The notes beneath the pieces were generated by a model. It searched no databases. It was not told the origin of the DNA and saw only the letters and a list, made by a program, of their open reading frames with translations. A program made the position numbers and the translations under genes. A stretch of DNA of 35,172 nucleotides from a bacterium (GTDB lineage Bacteria > Patescibacteriota > Minisyncoccia > Phycocordibacterales > UBA5272). Positions 32,738-35,172 of the stretch are shown in pieces; the stretch's first letter is position 1, and each line of letters begins with the position of its first letter. The DNA lies in NCBI GenBank assembly GCA_043736875.1, contig JAYTBU010000028.1, positions 1 through 35,172 of the forward strand. The letters run 5' to 3'.

Positions 32738-34012
32738 ATGCAATATACAAAATCATTTACAAAGACTAGTAAAGATATACCAGCCGATGAGACAAGTAAA
32801 AATGCACGCCTGTTAATACAGGCGGGCTATATACACAAAGAGATGGCAGGGGTTTATAGTTTTACCCCGATAGGATACAAGGTGCTACAAAACATAATCA
32901 GGATAATAAGAGAAGAGATGGATGGCGCTGGAGGGCAAGAGATGTTCATGACCACTCTTCAGGATGCTAACCTCTACAAAAAGACAGATAGATGGGATGA
33001 TGCAAATGTCGATGTATGGTTTAAAACTAAACTTAAAAACGATACTGAGATAGGTATGGGTTTTACTCACGAGGAAGATGTAACCAGTATCGCTATACGT
33101 TTTATAAATAGTTATAAAGATATGCCAAAAATGGTTTATCAGTTTCAGAATAAATTTAGAAATGAGACCCGTGCAAAGTCGGGTATAATGCGTACTCGTG
33201 AGTTTATCATGAAGGACTTGTACTCTTTTGCAGCTGATACAGATCAACATAATATAATGTATGAAAAGATGTCGCAGGCGTATACAAATATATTTAAGAG
33301 GTTGGGCATAGGAGAGAAAACTTTTAAAACTTTTGCGAGTGGTGGCAGCTTTGCAAAGTATAGTCACGAATTTCAAACTATTTGTGATGCAGGCGAGGAT
33401 GAGGTGTATATATGCGACAGACTTAATCTGGCTATAAATAAAGAGGTTTTTAATGATGAGGTTTTAAAAGACCTTGGCATAAGTAGAGATGAAGTGAGAG
33501 TGGAAGTAACAAGTGAGGTTGGTAATATATTTTCACTCGGAACAAAGTTTTCATCTGCTCTTGATTTAAAATACAAAGATGAAAAAGGAGAAGATAAAGA
33601 TGTGATTATGGGCAGTTATGGTATAGGTCCAGCACGTGTCATGGGTGTAATGGCAGAGTTATTGTCTGACGAAAATGGGCTAATTTGGCCAAGTGAAGTT
33701 TCGCCTTATCAGATACATCTTGTGTCGCTACACAAAGAAGAGGGGGACGAGGTTTATAATTATGCAAAAGGTATATATGAAAAACTGATAGCCTTTGGCG
33801 TAGAAGTGTTTTGGGATGATAGGACAGGACATGGCACAGGGGAAAAGCTAGGCGATGCGGATCTTCTGGGTATAAATATGCGTGTATTAGTTTCTGCTAA
33901 AACTATGACAGAAGAAAGTGTGGAAATAAAAGAAAGAAAAGCTAAAAAAGAAGATTCTCAAATAATAAAAACTACAGCTCTTTTAAAGAGTTATAGTGTA
34001 GATTGTGAGTAG
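32738..34012 (+). CDS. proS: Prolyl-tRNA synthetase, short form lacking the INS editing domain
   Basis: The N-terminus TKTSKDIPADETSKNARLLIQAGYIHKEMAGVYSFTPIGYKVLQNI is typical of ProRS. Class II motif 2 is RTREFIMKDLYSF and motif 3 is GSYGIGPARVMG. A C-terminal anticodon-binding region is present (PYQIHLV...). Total length is 424 aa. Confidence 0.85.
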   Translation: MQYTKSFTKTSKDIPADETSKNARLLIQAGYIHKEMAGVYSFTPIGYKVLQNIIRIIREEMDGAGGQEMFMTTLQDANLYKKTDRWDDANVDVWFKTKLKNDTEIGMGFTHEEDVTSIAIRFINSYKDMPKMVYQFQNKFRNETRAKSGIMRTREFIMKDLYSFAADTDQHNIMYEKMSQAYTNIFKRLGIGEKTFKTFASGGSFAKYSHEFQTICDAGEDEVYICDRLNLAINKEVFNDEVLKDLGISRDEVRVEVTSEVGNIFSLGTKFSSALDLKYKDEKGEDKDVIMGSYGIGPARVMGVMAELLSDENGLIWPSEVSPYQIHLVSLHKEEGDEVYNYAKGIYEKLIAFGVEVFWDDRTGHGTGEKLGDADLLGINMRVLVSAKTMTEESVEIKERKAKKEDSQIIKTTALLKSYSVDCE

Positions 34013-34020
34013 ATGTAATT

Positions 34021-34428
34021 ATGAAAAAAGATTCTGATATTAAAAATTTTGAAGATTGGTTAAAAATAAAAGAGAAGACTGAAAATAGGGTTAGGGTAGA
34101 AGCTTATAAATATTCTGTTTTTTGGTGTGCATATGGTGAAAATATAGGGTCAGAAGTTTGTGGTAAAGGTGATAATTTCCTGAGGCCAGTTATAATTTTA
34201 AAAAAATTTGGAGACAGATGTGTTTTGGTCGCACCACTGACATCTAAAAATAATGAAGATAAAAATAATATAAATATTAAAATAGATACAGAAGAAAAAG
34301 AAAAGTGTGTACTAGTCAGTCAGATAAGAGTTGTGGACACAAAGAGGTTGTTTGATTATGTGGGTAAAGTGTCAAAGGAGAGTAGATTAAATCTAAAAGA
34401 GTCTTTTAATAAAATAATCAAAATATAA
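34021..34428 (+). CDS. PemK/MazF-family toxin-like protein with no adjacent antitoxin ORF
   Basis: VFWCAYGENIGSEVCGKGDNFLRPVIILKKFGDRCVLVAPLTSK ... CVLVSQIRVVDTKRL matches the PemK/MazF pattern (G-E..G..RPvlIl...v.v.PlTs...QIR.iD..RL). It starts 8 nt after the proS stop and has no Shine-Dalgarno sequence. Confidence 0.7.
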   Translation: MKKDSDIKNFEDWLKIKEKTENRVRVEAYKYSVFWCAYGENIGSEVCGKGDNFLRPVIILKKFGDRCVLVAPLTSKNNEDKNNINIKIDTEEKEKCVLVSQIRVVDTKRLFDYVGKVSKESRLNLKESFNKIIKI

Positions 34429-34432
34429 AAAT

Positions 34433-34465
34433 CCTCCCCCCCCACATTTCTGTGGGGGGGGGAAG
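34433..34465 (+). other. GC-clamp hairpin built from C8 and G9 homopolymer runs; possible terminator without a U-tract
   Basis: cctccccccccaca-tttc-tgtgggggggggaag, about 11 consecutive pairs, starting 5 nt after the toxin gene's stop. It is followed by aagtacg rather than a T-run. Confidence 0.5.
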
Positions 34466-34540
34466 TACGATGGTCTAGCCATCAATATTCTTATTATATA
34501 CCTAAACATAAAAAAAGTCAATTGAAAATACTTAACTGTA

Positions 34541-34549
34541 TGTTATAAT
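34541..34549 (+). promoter_or_regulatory. Extended -10 promoter (TGTTATAAT) with a TTGAAA -35 (34522..34527, 16-nt spacer), 6 nt before the ATG at 34556 (leaderless)
   Basis: Exact 9-mer followed by spacer attact and then ATG. Confidence 0.7.
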
Positions 34550-34555
34550 ATTACT

Positions 34556-35161
34556 ATGCAAAACCTCTTAAATCCAGATACAATTATATACATAGCTATA
34601 GTTATATATAGCATCATATTACATGAGATAGCTCATGGTTATGTTGCTTATCTCTGCGGTGACAATACTGCCAAAAATGCAAATAGGTTAACCCTTAACC
34701 CTGTGCCGCACATAGACCCAGTGGGCAGTGTATTGTTGCCGGTTATCGCTGTTATGTCTGGTTTTGGTGTGTTCGGCTGGGCCAAGGGTGTGCCAGTTAA
34801 TTTGTACAATCTAGGTAGCAAATTAAAACAGTTCATGGTGGCGTCAGCAGGTATAGTCACTAATTTACTTATTGCTAGTGTATTTTTATTCTTAGTAAAA
34901 TTTGGAATATTCCAGAACTATCAAGGTCTATTTTTAAAAGTAGCTATAGTTAATATTGGTCTTGGTTTTTTTAATCTTTTACCTATACCACCTTTTGACG
35001 GCATGAGCATGCTACGTAGTATATTTCCACAGTTAGGTCACAAGTATGAGCACCTGGAACACAATCCAGCTGCGATGATAATATCTATATTATTAGCTTC
35101 ACAATTATTTGGATTAATATATCCTAGTATTACAAAGTTTGTATTTGAGGTATTTTTTTAA
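34556..35161 (+). CDS. Site-2 protease family (peptidase M50) membrane metalloprotease
   Basis: HEIAHG (HExxH) lies in the first TM segment. The second signature is FNLLPIPPFDG (NxxPxxxxDG). Multi-pass hydrophobic protein of 201 aa. Confidence 0.85.
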   Translation: MQNLLNPDTIIYIAIVIYSIILHEIAHGYVAYLCGDNTAKNANRLTLNPVPHIDPVGSVLLPVIAVMSGFGVFGWAKGVPVNLYNLGSKLKQFMVASAGIVTNLLIASVFLFLVKFGIFQNYQGLFLKVAIVNIGLGFFNLLPIPPFDGMSMLRSIFPQLGHKYEHLEHNPAAMIISILLASQLFGLIYPSITKFVFEVFF

Positions 35162-35172
35162 AATAAAGAGCG

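Noticed and set aside
1-35172. Alternative genetic code (UGA recoding, as in some candidate phyla).
   Set aside because: Very long ORFs are intact under the standard code. The GDSL gene ends at a TGA that is followed within 20 nt by a clean terminator, so UGA behaves as a stop.
1-35172. CRISPR arrays, IS elements, integrases or prophage content.
   Set aside because: No regularly spaced direct repeats and no transposase, integrase or recombinase-like ORFs were seen on either strand. The only short direct repeat noticed is aaaaatagtag, twice at 31342..31364, which is part of a weak terminator hairpin.

Overview
AT-rich bacterial window (about one-third G+C by eye), standard genetic code. All 23 supported CDS and one tRNA lie on the + strand. 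No transposase, integrase or CRISPR array was seen.

Gene content, in order:
- A very large surface repeat protein cut by the window edge, a small membrane protein, and a 3,855-aa surface protein. Both large proteins carry DUF11-type and SdrD/Cna-B-type repeats, a Thr/Pro stalk, a Cys-rich module and an L[AS]KTG sortase-type signal. The giant one also has a GLUG-motif block.
- A strong terminator, then tRNA-Val(GAC).
- A compact sufU-sufC-DUF59 Fe-S set.
- An O-antigen-ligase-family membrane protein.
- Two secreted-protein cassettes driven by near-identical canonical promoters.
- A Bcs1-like CDP-ribitol synthase plus a TagF-like phosphotransferase.
- murF, proS, an orphan MazF/PemK-like toxin followed by a C8/G9 hairpin, and an M50 protease.

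The most interesting locus is 25.06-31.3 kb. An unrecognised helical ORF is translationally coupled to a YcaO-domain enzyme. It is followed by a 67-aa ORF ending in NCAGGGSCEGACGCCS. That ORF has its own promoter and heads an operon of four N-terminally anchored proteins: a helical protein, a rhodanese, a DsbA-like CPYC oxidoreductase and a TPR protein. A 12-Cys secreted protein follows. I read this as a candidate, atypical YcaO-type RiPP / Cys-peptide maturation-export system. The peptide's C-x3-C-x-C spacing recurs in the wall-proximal stalks of both giant adhesins.

Expression signals are also striking. Extended -10 boxes (TGTTATAAT or a one-base variant) sit exactly 6 nt before the ATG of six genes, implying leaderless mRNAs. 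Strong AAGGAG Shine-Dalgarno sites occur only in the two twin-promoter cassettes.

Monoderm-type envelope genes and shortened housekeeping enzymes fit a small-genome lineage such as Patescibacteria/CPR. That taxonomic guess is inference only.
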